A DNA stretch of 45,498 bases from contig JBDSSR010000050.1 in the NCBI GenBank assembly GCA_039928675.1, positions 1-45,498 on the forward strand, given 5' to 3'. Under the pieces are notes generated by a model that was given only the letters and a program-made list of their open reading frames with translations, searched no databases and was not told where the DNA came from. Made by a program: the position numbers and the translations under genes. Source of the DNA: Sphingomicrobium sp. (GTDB lineage: Bacteria; Pseudomonadota; Alphaproteobacteria; Sphingomonadales; Sphingomonadaceae). Position 1 is the first letter of the stretch; every line of letters starts with the position of its first letter. This document shows positions 20,467-28,627 of this stretch, in pieces.

Positions 20467-21227
20467 CCGCGTTCAAATGTGCCATCCTTGCTGCCGTGTT
20501 GCTTGTTGCAGGGCCGGTCCATGCCGCGCCCCGGCCAGCGGTCTCGATCGCCGCTGCAGTGGCCGCGCCGGGCCGAAGCGCGGACAATGTGAAGCTCGAC
20601 GCCAGCCGCAAGCCGGCCGAGGTTCTGCGCTTTCTCGGCCTCCGACCCGGAATGACTGCCCTCGACCTGTTCGGAGGCAATCGATATTGGGCCGAGATCA
20701 TGGTCCGGTCGGTCGGCCCCAGAGGCAGGGTCGTGGTGTGGGAACCGAGCCAGTTCGACAGTCCCGACAGCGACAAGGCGTTTGCGGAGTTCGCCGCCAA
20801 AAATCCCAATGTGTCGATGGTGACGACGCCGTTTGAAGCGATCGCGCTGCCGCGCAATGCCGCTGACCTGGTGATGCTCAACCTAAATTATCATGACGCT
20901 TATTGGGAAAGCAGCAAGTACAAGATCCCGCGGATGAACCCCGCGGATTTCCTAAAGGCGGTTTATCGGGCGATGAAGCCGGGTGCGGTGATCGGCGTCA
21001 TCGACCATATTGCCAACGCCAATGCCGACACCCGCGCGACGGTCGAGAAGTATCATCGGATCGACCCCAAGGTCGTTCGTGCCGACTTTGCTCGGGCCGG
21101 GTTCCGGTTCGCCGGGAGCAGCGCCATCCTGCGCAACCCTGCGGACGATCATCTCTCGCTGGTGTTCGATCCGAAGATTCGCGGCAAGTCCGACCGCTTC
21201 ATCTACAAGTTCCGGAAGCCGCGTTGA
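20463..21227 (+). CDS. Exported class I SAM-dependent methyltransferase-like protein
   Basis: Signal peptide; SRKPAEVLRFLG, LNYHD, MKPGAVIGVIDH, LRNPADD; AGGAGG RBS. Confidence 0.85.
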   Translation: MTAFKCAILAAVLLVAGPVHAAPRPAVSIAAAVAAPGRSADNVKLDASRKPAEVLRFLGLRPGMTALDLFGGNRYWAEIMVRSVGPRGRVVVWEPSQFDSPDSDKAFAEFAAKNPNVSMVTTPFEAIALPRNAADLVMLNLNYHDAYWESSKYKIPRMNPADFLKAVYRAMKPGAVIGVIDHIANANADTRATVEKYHRIDPKVVRADFARAGFRFAGSSAILRNPADDHLSLVFDPKIRGKSDRFIYKFRKPR

Positions 21228-22513
21228 GCTCTGAAAAGGCGTCGGTCGAACCGTCGCCGGCCGAGGGATTTCGCGCCTATTGGACGCTAGTTGCACTTGT
21301 CGCCGGGCTGGCCATTGGTGCGCTTGTCGGCGGTTCGGCAAGTGCCGCTGCAACGACCGCTGGAGGGGTTGCGTCGTTCGTCGGCGCACTGTGGCTCAAT
21401 GCGCTCAAGATGACTGTGATTCCGCTGCTCGTCGCACTGCTGATCGTCGGCATCGCCAAGAGCCGCGAAGCCGCCGCCGGCGGTCGGATCGCCGCTCGGT
21501 CGGTCTTGTGGACGGTCATCATCTGCACGCTATCCGCGATCGCCGGAGCAGTCATCATCATGGTCCTGACCAGGATCCTGCCGTTACCGCGCGAAACCGC
21601 GCTTGCACTTCAGGGCGCGCTGTCGGGAGTTGATCAGAAGTCTGCAGTCGCGCTTCCGGGCATGGTCGATTTCTTCAAGGGCATCATACCCGACAATGTG
21701 TTCGCCGCAGCGACCAATGGCGACGTCCTTCCGCTGGTCGTATTTTCCGTTCTGTTCGCGCTTGCGCTGGCCCGGATTTCCGCCGCCGGGCGCAAGGCCA
21801 TCGTCACGCTTTTTGAAGCGATTGCCGATGCGTTGATCGTCATTATCGGCTGGGTTCTGTGGGTTGCTCCGCTTGGCGTATTTGCGCTGGCCTACAGCGT
21901 CGGCACAGCCGCCGGCGGCGCGGCGTTTGCCGGGCTGGGTCATTATGTCCTGCTGATCTCGATTGTCGGAATACTCGTTACGCTTGCTGCCTACCCGCTG
22001 GGCATCATTGCCGGCCGAGTCGCTCCGGGGGCGTTTGTCCGAAACATGATCGGCGCTCAGGCAGTTGCGATTTCCACCCGCTCGTCGCTCGCCTCGCTCC
22101 CCGCAATGCTGGCATCGACGCGCGGAATGGGGGTTCGCCCGCAGGTCGCGGAGGTGGCACTGCCGATCGCGGTTGCGCTGTTCCGGGCAACCGGCCCGGC
22201 GATGAACGTCGCGGTCGCATTCTATGTCGCTCACTGGCTCGGCGTGCAGCCCAGCGCTGGTCAAATGATTGCGGCGACCGCGGTCGGGGCGGTGATGAGC
22301 TACGGCGCGGTCAGCTTGCCCGGAGAAATCAGCTTCATCAGCTCGATTGCGCCCATTGCACTGGCCCTGGGCGTTCCGATCGCGCCGCTGGCACTGCTTG
22401 TCGCGGTCGAGATGGTGCCTGATATTTTCCGCACCGTCGGAAATGTCACGATGGATGTCGCAGTCACCGCCGCAGTCGACCGTTCGGTCGGCAAAAACGC
22501 GACGGGTTCCTGA
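21224..22513 (+). CDS. Dicarboxylate/amino acid:cation (DAACS) symporter
   Basis: NALKMTVIP, IIPDNVF, STRSSLASLP, PDIFRTVGNV; TTG start overlapping the upstream stop (approximate). Confidence 0.9.
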   Translation: MSSEKASVEPSPAEGFRAYWTLVALVAGLAIGALVGGSASAAATTAGGVASFVGALWLNALKMTVIPLLVALLIVGIAKSREAAAGGRIAARSVLWTVIICTLSAIAGAVIIMVLTRILPLPRETALALQGALSGVDQKSAVALPGMVDFFKGIIPDNVFAAATNGDVLPLVVFSVLFALALARISAAGRKAIVTLFEAIADALIVIIGWVLWVAPLGVFALAYSVGTAAGGAAFAGLGHYVLLISIVGILVTLAAYPLGIIAGRVAPGAFVRNMIGAQAVAISTRSSLASLPAMLASTRGMGVRPQVAEVALPIAVALFRATGPAMNVAVAFYVAHWLGVQPSAGQMIAATAVGAVMSYGAVSLPGEISFISSIAPIALALGVPIAPLALLVAVEMVPDIFRTVGNVTMDVAVTAAVDRSVGKNATGS

Positions 22514-22559
22514 ACCGCCACTGACCCCCTTTCGTACGTTTGACGAATTCTGGCGGGCC

Positions 22560-22600
22560 TTTGTCCGTAGGCCGACAAAGCGTGTCTCGTCGTCGAACCG
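22560..22600 (+). promoter_or_regulatory. Candidate LytTR binding site (copy A)
   Basis: 26/41 ungapped identity to 24813-24853; GCCGA/GTCGA elements 21 bp apart. Confidence 0.5.
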
Positions 22601-22731
22601 GCCGGGACTTGGCCGGAATTGGTCGTCATCAGGGTCATCGCGACGCGGGACACCCAATGCGAAGTTCCACTACCCGACGGGCTCCGCTGGCCTCCCCAGC
22701 CGCTCCCGCGTCGCACAGGAGGAGACGCCAG

Positions 22732-22821
22732 ATGTTGAAGACCCTTGTTGTGCTTGCTTCGCTGATAACGGCGGGAGTGTTGGTCGTTCCGACCATCAGC
22801 CTCGCTTCGCAGTTCGTCTAA
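22732..22821 (+). CDS. 29-aa hydrophobic, signal-peptide-like ORF (possibly a truncated secreted-protein gene)
   Basis: Strong RBS AGGAGGAG at 22717-22724; MLKTLVVLASLITAGVLVVPTISLASQFV; stop overlaps the LytTR stop. Confidence 0.6.
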   Translation: MLKTLVVLASLITAGVLVVPTISLASQFV

Positions 22822-23564
22822 CGCCCGGCCATTGCCCGAACTCGATCCGAATAGAGGCGCCCCACCGGTTGCTCTTCGCCGTCGGCCAGACGGGCAATCC
22901 AGCGACCCGAAGGATTGCGCGTGAAGCCGGTGACGAAATCCTTGCGAACGATTGCCGACCGGTGAAGCCGTACGAACAGCTCCGGATCAAGCCCTTCCTC
23001 AAGCGCTGCCATGCTGTGGTGAATGAGCCAGCTCCGCCGTCCGACATGAAGCCGCATATAGTCGCGCTCGGCCGAAACCCGGTCGACATCGCGCGCTGCG
23101 ATGCGCACCAGCCCGGAAAGGTCGGAGGCCCAGAACTCCTCGAGCCATTGGGCTGAGCGGGCGGGCGCGGACTGGTCGGCGCGGCTGACCAGATAGGCTT
23201 TTGCTCGATCGAGCGCCCGTTGAAGCCGCTGCGGGTCGACCGGCTTCATCAAATAATCGACCGCTTCGACTTCGAAAGCTGCAACCGCAAACTGATCGAA
23301 AGCAGTCACGAACACCACCGCCGGAGACCGGTCCTGGGCAGCGAGCGCACGGGCTACGCCGATGCCGTCGAGGCCGGGCATCGCGATATCGAGAAGCACA
23401 ACCTCGGGGTGGAGCGCCGCGGCAAGGTTGATCGCGCTGTCGCCATCACTTGCGGTGCCGACCAGTATCGCGCCCTCGGCGCGTGCAAGCAGCAGCTGCA
23501 ACCGTTCAGCGGCGAGCGGCTCGTCGTCGGCGATGAGAACCCGAAGCGGCTGGTCGTCAGTCAC
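22818..23564 (-). CDS. LytR/AlgR family response regulator (REC + LytTR)
   Basis: IADDEPLA, LLDIAMP, FVTAF, DYLMKP, FVRLHRSAIV motifs. Confidence 0.95.
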   Translation of the reverse strand: MTDDQPLRVLIADDEPLAAERLQLLLARAEGAILVGTASDGDSAINLAAALHPEVVLLDIAMPGLDGIGVARALAAQDRSPAVVFVTAFDQFAVAAFEVEAVDYLMKPVDPQRLQRALDRAKAYLVSRADQSAPARSAQWLEEFWASDLSGLVRIAARDVDRVSAERDYMRLHVGRRSWLIHHSMAALEEGLDPELFVRLHRSAIVRKDFVTGFTRNPSGRWIARLADGEEQPVGRLYSDRVRAMAGR

Positions 23565-24771
23565 GCATTTCGACCGGAATGGTAAGTGCGACCTTGTAGC
23601 CGCCGCCGCTGATCGGACCGAACAGGCACGAGGCGCGCTCGCCAAACCGGGCTTCAAGTCGCTGGCAGACGTTGGCAAGCCCGAGACCCGTGCCTTCGTG
23701 GCTTGCGGCCGCGAGCTCGCTGTGCCCACCGTGCTTCAGCCGATTGGTGATTTCCAGAAGCATTCGGCCGTCGCTCGCAGCCTTGGCTTCGATCCGAACA
23801 AGCACCGTCTTGCGGCTTTTCGAAACGCCATATTTGATGGCATTTTCAATGAGCGGCTGGAGGATCAGCGCCGGCAGCCGAGCCAGTTCGAATTCACTCG
23901 GCACGTCGATCTCGACCTGCAAACGATCGGGAAAGCGCGCCTTTTCGATGTCGAGATAGAGGCGTTGAAGTCCGATTTCCTCGGCCAGCGTGACGTCGGC
24001 CCCGGGGTCGAGCGACAGGCTCGAGCGGAAGAACGTGGAAAGCGCGAGAAGCATTGCTTCGGCGCGGTCGGTGCGGCCGGTCATGACCAGCGAGGACAGG
24101 CTATTGAGGGTATTGAACAGGAAGTGCGGGTTGACCTGATATCGCAGCGCCCGAACCTGCGCAGCCTGCGCCGCGCTTTCGGCCTCGGCCAGTTGCCGTT
24201 GCGCGCGAAGCGCCTCGGCCTGGGCCTGACTGGCGAGATAAAAGGCGCTCCAGCCGATGAAGAAGAACAGCCAGATCACCGCTGCATCGAGAACGAAGCG
24301 GATGCGCTGCATCGGATCGATCTGGCCGATCTTGGGCATCGTCAGAACCAGCGGCTCCTGGGCGGTGCGCTCGATCCGCACCTGTTGGCCCTTTTCGATG
24401 ACGGTGAAGCCCTCGCGCGCCTGGTAGCGAATCTGCTCGCGGCTTTCCCGCATCATGTCATGGGTTGCAACCAGCGTGGTGCCCATGACCAGTGCGCCAA
24501 TCGCCGACGCAATTCCGGCAATGACTGCTTTGCGACGAAGCGGGCGCCGATGGCCGATGACCGCGATTGCGGCATAGACGAGGCCGTTGATGATGATTCC
24601 GATGGCGATGATCGCGAGCTTGTTCTCAAGCGTGGTCCAGGGGTCGGAGCCAAGGAAGGCCCGAGCCACCACCGTGACCGCGTAGAATAGCCAAAATCCG
24701 AGGATCGCCTTGGTTGCAAAGCGCCAGTCGGCGAACCGGCGTTGCGCCACGGGTGGCGAAATCATGAACAT
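23557..24771 (-). CDS. LytS/YehU-type sensor histidine kinase
   Basis: LRYQVNPHFLFNTLNS H-box, LQPLIENAIKYG, GTGLGLANV; N-terminal TM helices; GAGGAG RBS. Confidence 0.93.
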   Translation of the reverse strand: MFMISPPVAQRRFADWRFATKAILGFWLFYAVTVVARAFLGSDPWTTLENKLAIIAIGIIINGLVYAAIAVIGHRRPLRRKAVIAGIASAIGALVMGTTLVATHDMMRESREQIRYQAREGFTVIEKGQQVRIERTAQEPLVLTMPKIGQIDPMQRIRFVLDAAVIWLFFFIGWSAFYLASQAQAEALRAQRQLAEAESAAQAAQVRALRYQVNPHFLFNTLNSLSSLVMTGRTDRAEAMLLALSTFFRSSLSLDPGADVTLAEEIGLQRLYLDIEKARFPDRLQVEIDVPSEFELARLPALILQPLIENAIKYGVSKSRKTVLVRIEAKAASDGRMLLEITNRLKHGGHSELAAASHEGTGLGLANVCQRLEARFGERASCLFGPISGGGYKVALTIPVEMRD

Positions 24772-24812
24772 CCGCTCCTCATGTCGCAAAACAGGGCCCG
24801 CGCAAACCACCG

Positions 24813-24853
24813 TTTGTCCGTTGGCAGAAACGCTGCCGCTGCCGGTCGAAACG
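24813..24853 (+). promoter_or_regulatory. Candidate LytTR binding site (copy B)
   Basis: TTTGTCCGTTGGCAGA-N16-GTCGAA, same spacing as copy A; lies in the divergent region before the kinase. Confidence 0.5.
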
Positions 24854-24863
24854 CTGGCCTTCG

Positions 24864-24889
24864 GGAACGCGCTAGCGCTTCGCGTCGTT
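24864..24889 (+). promoter_or_regulatory. Candidate EcfG/SigT general-stress promoter
   Basis: GGAAC-N17-CGTT. Confidence 0.55.
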
Positions 24890-24948
24890 ACACGATCACG
24901 CTGACCGAGCCGCAGGCACATGACGGCAAGCAGGATTGGGGACACGAT

Positions 24949-25194
24949 TTGAACGACGATCGCAAGACGGACCACACGGCCGACAAGGAACGCACGCCGG
25001 CCCCGGTGCTTTCGGCTCCGCCGGAGCGCGAACTCGAGCGCAAGCTCAGGCGCAATCCCGATGACCTGGACGCCAAAGTCGATGTCGGAAGCGATCAATC
25101 GATGGATGCTTCGGATCCGTCCGCAGCGGCGCAGCCGGGATCTACCAGCGAGCCTGCTCCCTCGTCCGGATTTCCTGAAAAGGACGACGAATAG
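24949..25194 (+). CDS. Small acidic, probably disordered hypothetical protein
   Basis: TTG after a GGGG RBS-like run; DAKVDVGSDQSMDASDP motif; start uncertain. Confidence 0.65.
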   Translation: MNDDRKTDHTADKERTPAPVLSAPPERELERKLRRNPDDLDAKVDVGSDQSMDASDPSAAAQPGSTSEPAPSSGFPEKDDE

Positions 25195-25388
25195 TTACTT
25201 TGGCGTCACAAAATTCGACCAGCGTTGCAATAAATCAACAATCCACAGTTTTAATGCCACGCGTCAATTTCTGCCCTTGCTGACGGGACTCCCCTCTGAT
25301 TCAATATGAATGAGGGGTGGGATCGTGGTTAAGATTATCGAAACCGAAGCCACCGCATGATCCCTCCTGGGCAGAAGGAGTCGGGTTC

Positions 25389-25940
25389 ATGATTACGCGG
25401 ACCAGCCAGCCGGCAAGTGGCGCGATGCTGATCTCGGAAATGAAGGAGTTTGCGGGCTTTCCAAAGGCGACCCAGCGGTTCATCCGCCGGTCTCTCGATG
25501 TTGCTTACGGGCGCCGCGATCCGATCGAATGCTGGTCTCGCGACGAAGGCGAGGCTGCATCAATTCGCGCTCAGGCGCGGCTTTACAAGCAGCTCGATCA
25601 TCTCCGCCTGCAGGTTCCGGACGATAGCGGTCTCGACATGATCGAACCGTTCGTCGGAATGCTGATCACTTTGTCGGCCTTTGACCTTGGACAGGATCGG
25701 CTGCCCAACTTCGCCGCTTATCGGTTCTTGTACGAGCGTCTGATCGGCGCGTCGTCCCGGCCGTGGCTGCCGGCCGCGTTCTGCGCCGCAGCAGCGCTTC
25801 CACACCTTCACCCTGACCGTCGCCGGCTGCTTTTGCAGTCGATCAGCGAAAGCGCAGCGACGGCGGCGGGATGGTCAGGCCGCGAACCGGTGTTCTGGCC
25901 GGAATGGGTCGAAAAGGTCGACCTTCAGGCGGCTGCCTAG
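25389..25940 (+). CDS. Hypothetical protein
   Basis: GAAGGAG RBS; 183-aa ORF filling the gap; EMKEFAGF..TQRFIRRSLD, YRFLYERL. Confidence 0.8.
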   Translation: MITRTSQPASGAMLISEMKEFAGFPKATQRFIRRSLDVAYGRRDPIECWSRDEGEAASIRAQARLYKQLDHLRLQVPDDSGLDMIEPFVGMLITLSAFDLGQDRLPNFAAYRFLYERLIGASSRPWLPAAFCAAAALPHLHPDRRRLLLQSISESAATAAGWSGREPVFWPEWVEKVDLQAAA

Positions 25941-25949
25941 AGTTCCGCT

Positions 25950-27350
25950 TTATCGGCCGCGGTTGGCGAGTTCGTCGACCAGGCTTTGCGCGAATTTGAT
26001 CAGCGTGTCGTCGCGCGCACCCATCACCAGGATTCGGTCGCCGGGCCGGGCTTTGTCGACCAGCGCGCTGCCAATCGCGGCTCGGTCGGCAATATGCTGC
26101 GCAGCCCGGCCGAGCGCCGACACACGATCCGCAAGCCAGTCGCTGCCGCGCGACCGGTCAGTGGTCCCGCCCTGGTAGACCGGATCGGGCAGAAACAGCT
26201 GGTCGTCCGGCGCCATTCCACCGGCGAAGCTCGCTGCAAGCTCGTCGCCGATTTTGGCAAGCGGTCCAAAGCCGTGTGGCTGGAACATGACGAGGAGGCG
26301 GCCGGGATGGGCGCGAAGCGTTGCGAAGGTCGCCTCGATCTTGTCGGGATTATGCGCAAAATCGTCGATCACGGTGACACCGCCAGCAGTTCCGACCGTT
26401 TCAAGACGCCGCTTCAACCCTTCGAACCGGGCGATTGCACTGACCGAGTCGGCGATCTCAACGCCGAGCAGCCGGGTGGCTGCAATCGCTGCCAGGGCGT
26501 TGGAGGCATTGTGCCGGCCGGGCACCTGCAGCCGGACCTCGTGCCGCTCACCTTCCGCCTCGAGCGCGAAGGTTAAGCCGTCGTTGTGCAGCTCCAGGGC
26601 CTTGCCCATGAATTGCGCGCCGGGGCTGTCGAGCCCGTAACCGGCGACCTTGCCGGCGGGAAGCGCTTCGGCCAGCGCGCGGGTTTCGGGATCGTCGAGG
26701 TTAAGCACGGCCCGCTGAGCGGCCTTGAGGAAGCCCGCGAACAGCCCGCGCAGCTCGGCCATCTCCTTGTGATCGAGGCTGATGTTTGTCAGCACCGCAA
26801 TTTCCGGCCGGTAGAGCGAGATTGAGCCGTCGCTTTCGTCGACCTCGCTGACGAACAGCTCGGGATCGCCGACCAAGGCGCTTGCAAAGAGCGCCGATGG
26901 AGTGACGAAATTCTTCATGACGGCGCCATTCATGACCGTCGGCTGGCGGTGGTTGGCTTGGAGTATCCAGCCGATCATCCCAGTCACGGTGGACTTGCCG
27001 CTGGTGCCCCCGATCGCGACGCTGCGCTGTGCCGCATTTAAAAGCTGCGCGAGAAACTGGGGCCGGGTGACATGGGTCAGGCCAAGTTCGCGAGCGCGGA
27101 CGACATCGGGGACCGAATCCTCGACCGCCGCCGAGGTCACCAGGGTCATGCCTGGCTCAAGTCCCGAGCCATCCTGGGGGAACAGCGCGATGCCAAGCGA
27201 TCGAAGATAATCGAACTTGTCCGGGGTCCGGCCGGCGTCGAGCGAACGATCTGAGCCGGAGACCTTGTTGCCCGCGGCCCGGACGATCGAGGCGAGTGGC
27301 AGCATCCCGCTGCCGCCAATGCCGCTGAAGAAGATCGGGGTGTCAATCAT
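25950..27350 (-). CDS. Mur ligase, MurC/Mpl-like
   Basis: GIGGSGM, GTSGKST, EVDESDG, LDH, GRHNASNA, DDFAHNP, FQPH motifs. Confidence 0.88.
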   Translation of the reverse strand: MIDTPIFFSGIGGSGMLPLASIVRAAGNKVSGSDRSLDAGRTPDKFDYLRSLGIALFPQDGSGLEPGMTLVTSAAVEDSVPDVVRARELGLTHVTRPQFLAQLLNAAQRSVAIGGTSGKSTVTGMIGWILQANHRQPTVMNGAVMKNFVTPSALFASALVGDPELFVSEVDESDGSISLYRPEIAVLTNISLDHKEMAELRGLFAGFLKAAQRAVLNLDDPETRALAEALPAGKVAGYGLDSPGAQFMGKALELHNDGLTFALEAEGERHEVRLQVPGRHNASNALAAIAATRLLGVEIADSVSAIARFEGLKRRLETVGTAGGVTVIDDFAHNPDKIEATFATLRAHPGRLLVMFQPHGFGPLAKIGDELAASFAGGMAPDDQLFLPDPVYQGGTTDRSRGSDWLADRVSALGRAAQHIADRAAIGSALVDKARPGDRILVMGARDDTLIKFAQSLVDELANRGR

Positions 27351-27398
27351 CGCGCGGCCCTATTGCGCGTACGGCGCGAACACAAATAGGGAGTTGGA

Positions 27399-28214
27399 AT
27401 GCGTATTGCCGTCGTCGCCCCAAGCTGCCCGTTAAGCCGCGACGCCGCGGACGCGGTGAGTGCAATCGTTGCCGCTCGCGGCGACTGCGAAATCGCGATT
27501 CATCCGCAATGCTTTCTTGCGGACGGCCATTTCGCCGGCCCGGACGAGGCCCGCCTTGCAGCGCTTCGCGAAGTGATCGCCGATCCGGCGGTCGACGCCG
27601 TCTGGTTCGCGCGGGGTGGCTATGGATCCAACCGCATCGCCGATGACCTGCTTGGCGCGCTGCCGAGTGGGGCGGCGGGCAAGTGCGTCATGGGTTACAG
27701 CGACGCCGGTTTCCTTCTCGCCGGACTGCACAAGGTGGGGGTCGATGTCGCTTGGGGCCCGATGCCCCAGGACGTCCTTCGCGAGGCGGGTGAGGGGGCG
27801 ATCCACCGATCGCTCGACTGGCTGGTGCGCCGCGACGCGGCCGCGATCGAGCGGGGCATCAAGGGACCTGCGATGGCCTTCAACCTGACGGTCCTGTCGA
27901 ACCTGCTCGGAACGCCGCTCGAGCCTGACTTCGCCGGAATTGACCTGATGATCGAGGAGGTCGGCGAACAGCTCTATCGGATCGACCGGACGATGTTCCA
28001 TGTGACCGCCAGCGCGAATGTCCGCCGGGCGGCGCGGCTTCGGCTTGGCCGGGTCAGCGACATCATCACCAACCAGCCGGAATTCGGTTTCGATGAAGCG
28101 GCGCTCGTCGAGGAATGGTGCGCCCGGTCGGGCATCGCTTTTGGCGGTCGGGCCGACATCGGCCACGACGCCGGCAATCGGGTCGTCCCATTCCCTCGCG
28201 CAAAAGCTGATTGA
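27399..28214 (+). CDS. LD-carboxypeptidase (peptidase S66)
   Basis: VAPS, ARGGYG, GYSD (Ser), EEVGE (Glu), IGH (His). Confidence 0.9.
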   Translation: MRIAVVAPSCPLSRDAADAVSAIVAARGDCEIAIHPQCFLADGHFAGPDEARLAALREVIADPAVDAVWFARGGYGSNRIADDLLGALPSGAAGKCVMGYSDAGFLLAGLHKVGVDVAWGPMPQDVLREAGEGAIHRSLDWLVRRDAAAIERGIKGPAMAFNLTVLSNLLGTPLEPDFAGIDLMIEEVGEQLYRIDRTMFHVTASANVRRAARLRLGRVSDIITNQPEFGFDEAALVEEWCARSGIAFGGRADIGHDAGNRVVPFPRAKAD

Positions 28215-28280
28215 GATTGCGCTGCCCATTGCAAAGCCCTCCCAGTTGCGCTCTATCTGGAGGCGGACAACAGGAGGGCC

Positions 28281-28547
28281 ATGATGGCAGAAGGTCGTAA
28301 AGCAGGGGGCGGGCTGGCCCGCCCGGTTCAACCGTCGGCAGATCTCGCGGCAATTACCGGTAGCGATCCGCTTCCGCGCAGCCAGGTCGTGTCGAAGATG
28401 TGGGACTATATCCGTAAGAATAATCTGCAAAACCCTGCAAACAAGCGGGAAATTCTTGCAGACGACAAACTGAAAAAGGTTTTTGGCGGCAAGGACGCGG
28501 TCAGCATGTTCGAAATGAACAAGCACCTGTCCAACCACCTTAAATAG
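28281..28547 (+). CDS. Stand-alone SWIB/MDM2 domain protein
   Basis: PRSQVVSKMWDYIRKNNLQNPANKREILADDKLKKVFG...MFEMNKHL; AGGAGG RBS. Confidence 0.92.
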   Translation: MMAEGRKAGGGLARPVQPSADLAAITGSDPLPRSQVVSKMWDYIRKNNLQNPANKREILADDKLKKVFGGKDAVSMFEMNKHLSNHLK

Positions 28548-28570
28548 AAATCGGCTTCACCGACAATGAG

Positions 28571-28597
28571 AGGGCCCGCTTTGGCGGGTCCTTTTTT
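28571..28597 (+). terminator. Rho-independent terminator
   Basis: AGGGCCCGC-TTTG-GCGGGTCCT followed by a T run. Confidence 0.8.
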
Positions 28598-28627
28598 ATG
28601 TGGGGTCGGTCCGACTCGGGCGCGGTT

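Noticed and set aside
23362-24690. 442-aa antisense ORF over the kinase, and similar shadows (35207-36424, 21584-22657, 44367-45395, 27432-28538)
   Set aside because: Typical high-GC antisense shadows of clearly identifiable genes; no recognisable motifs
25320-25360. SAM-II or c-di-GMP riboswitch
   Set aside because: GTGGT...AGCCAC resembles SAM-II only superficially; the conserved loop and 3' GCTAAA elements are absent
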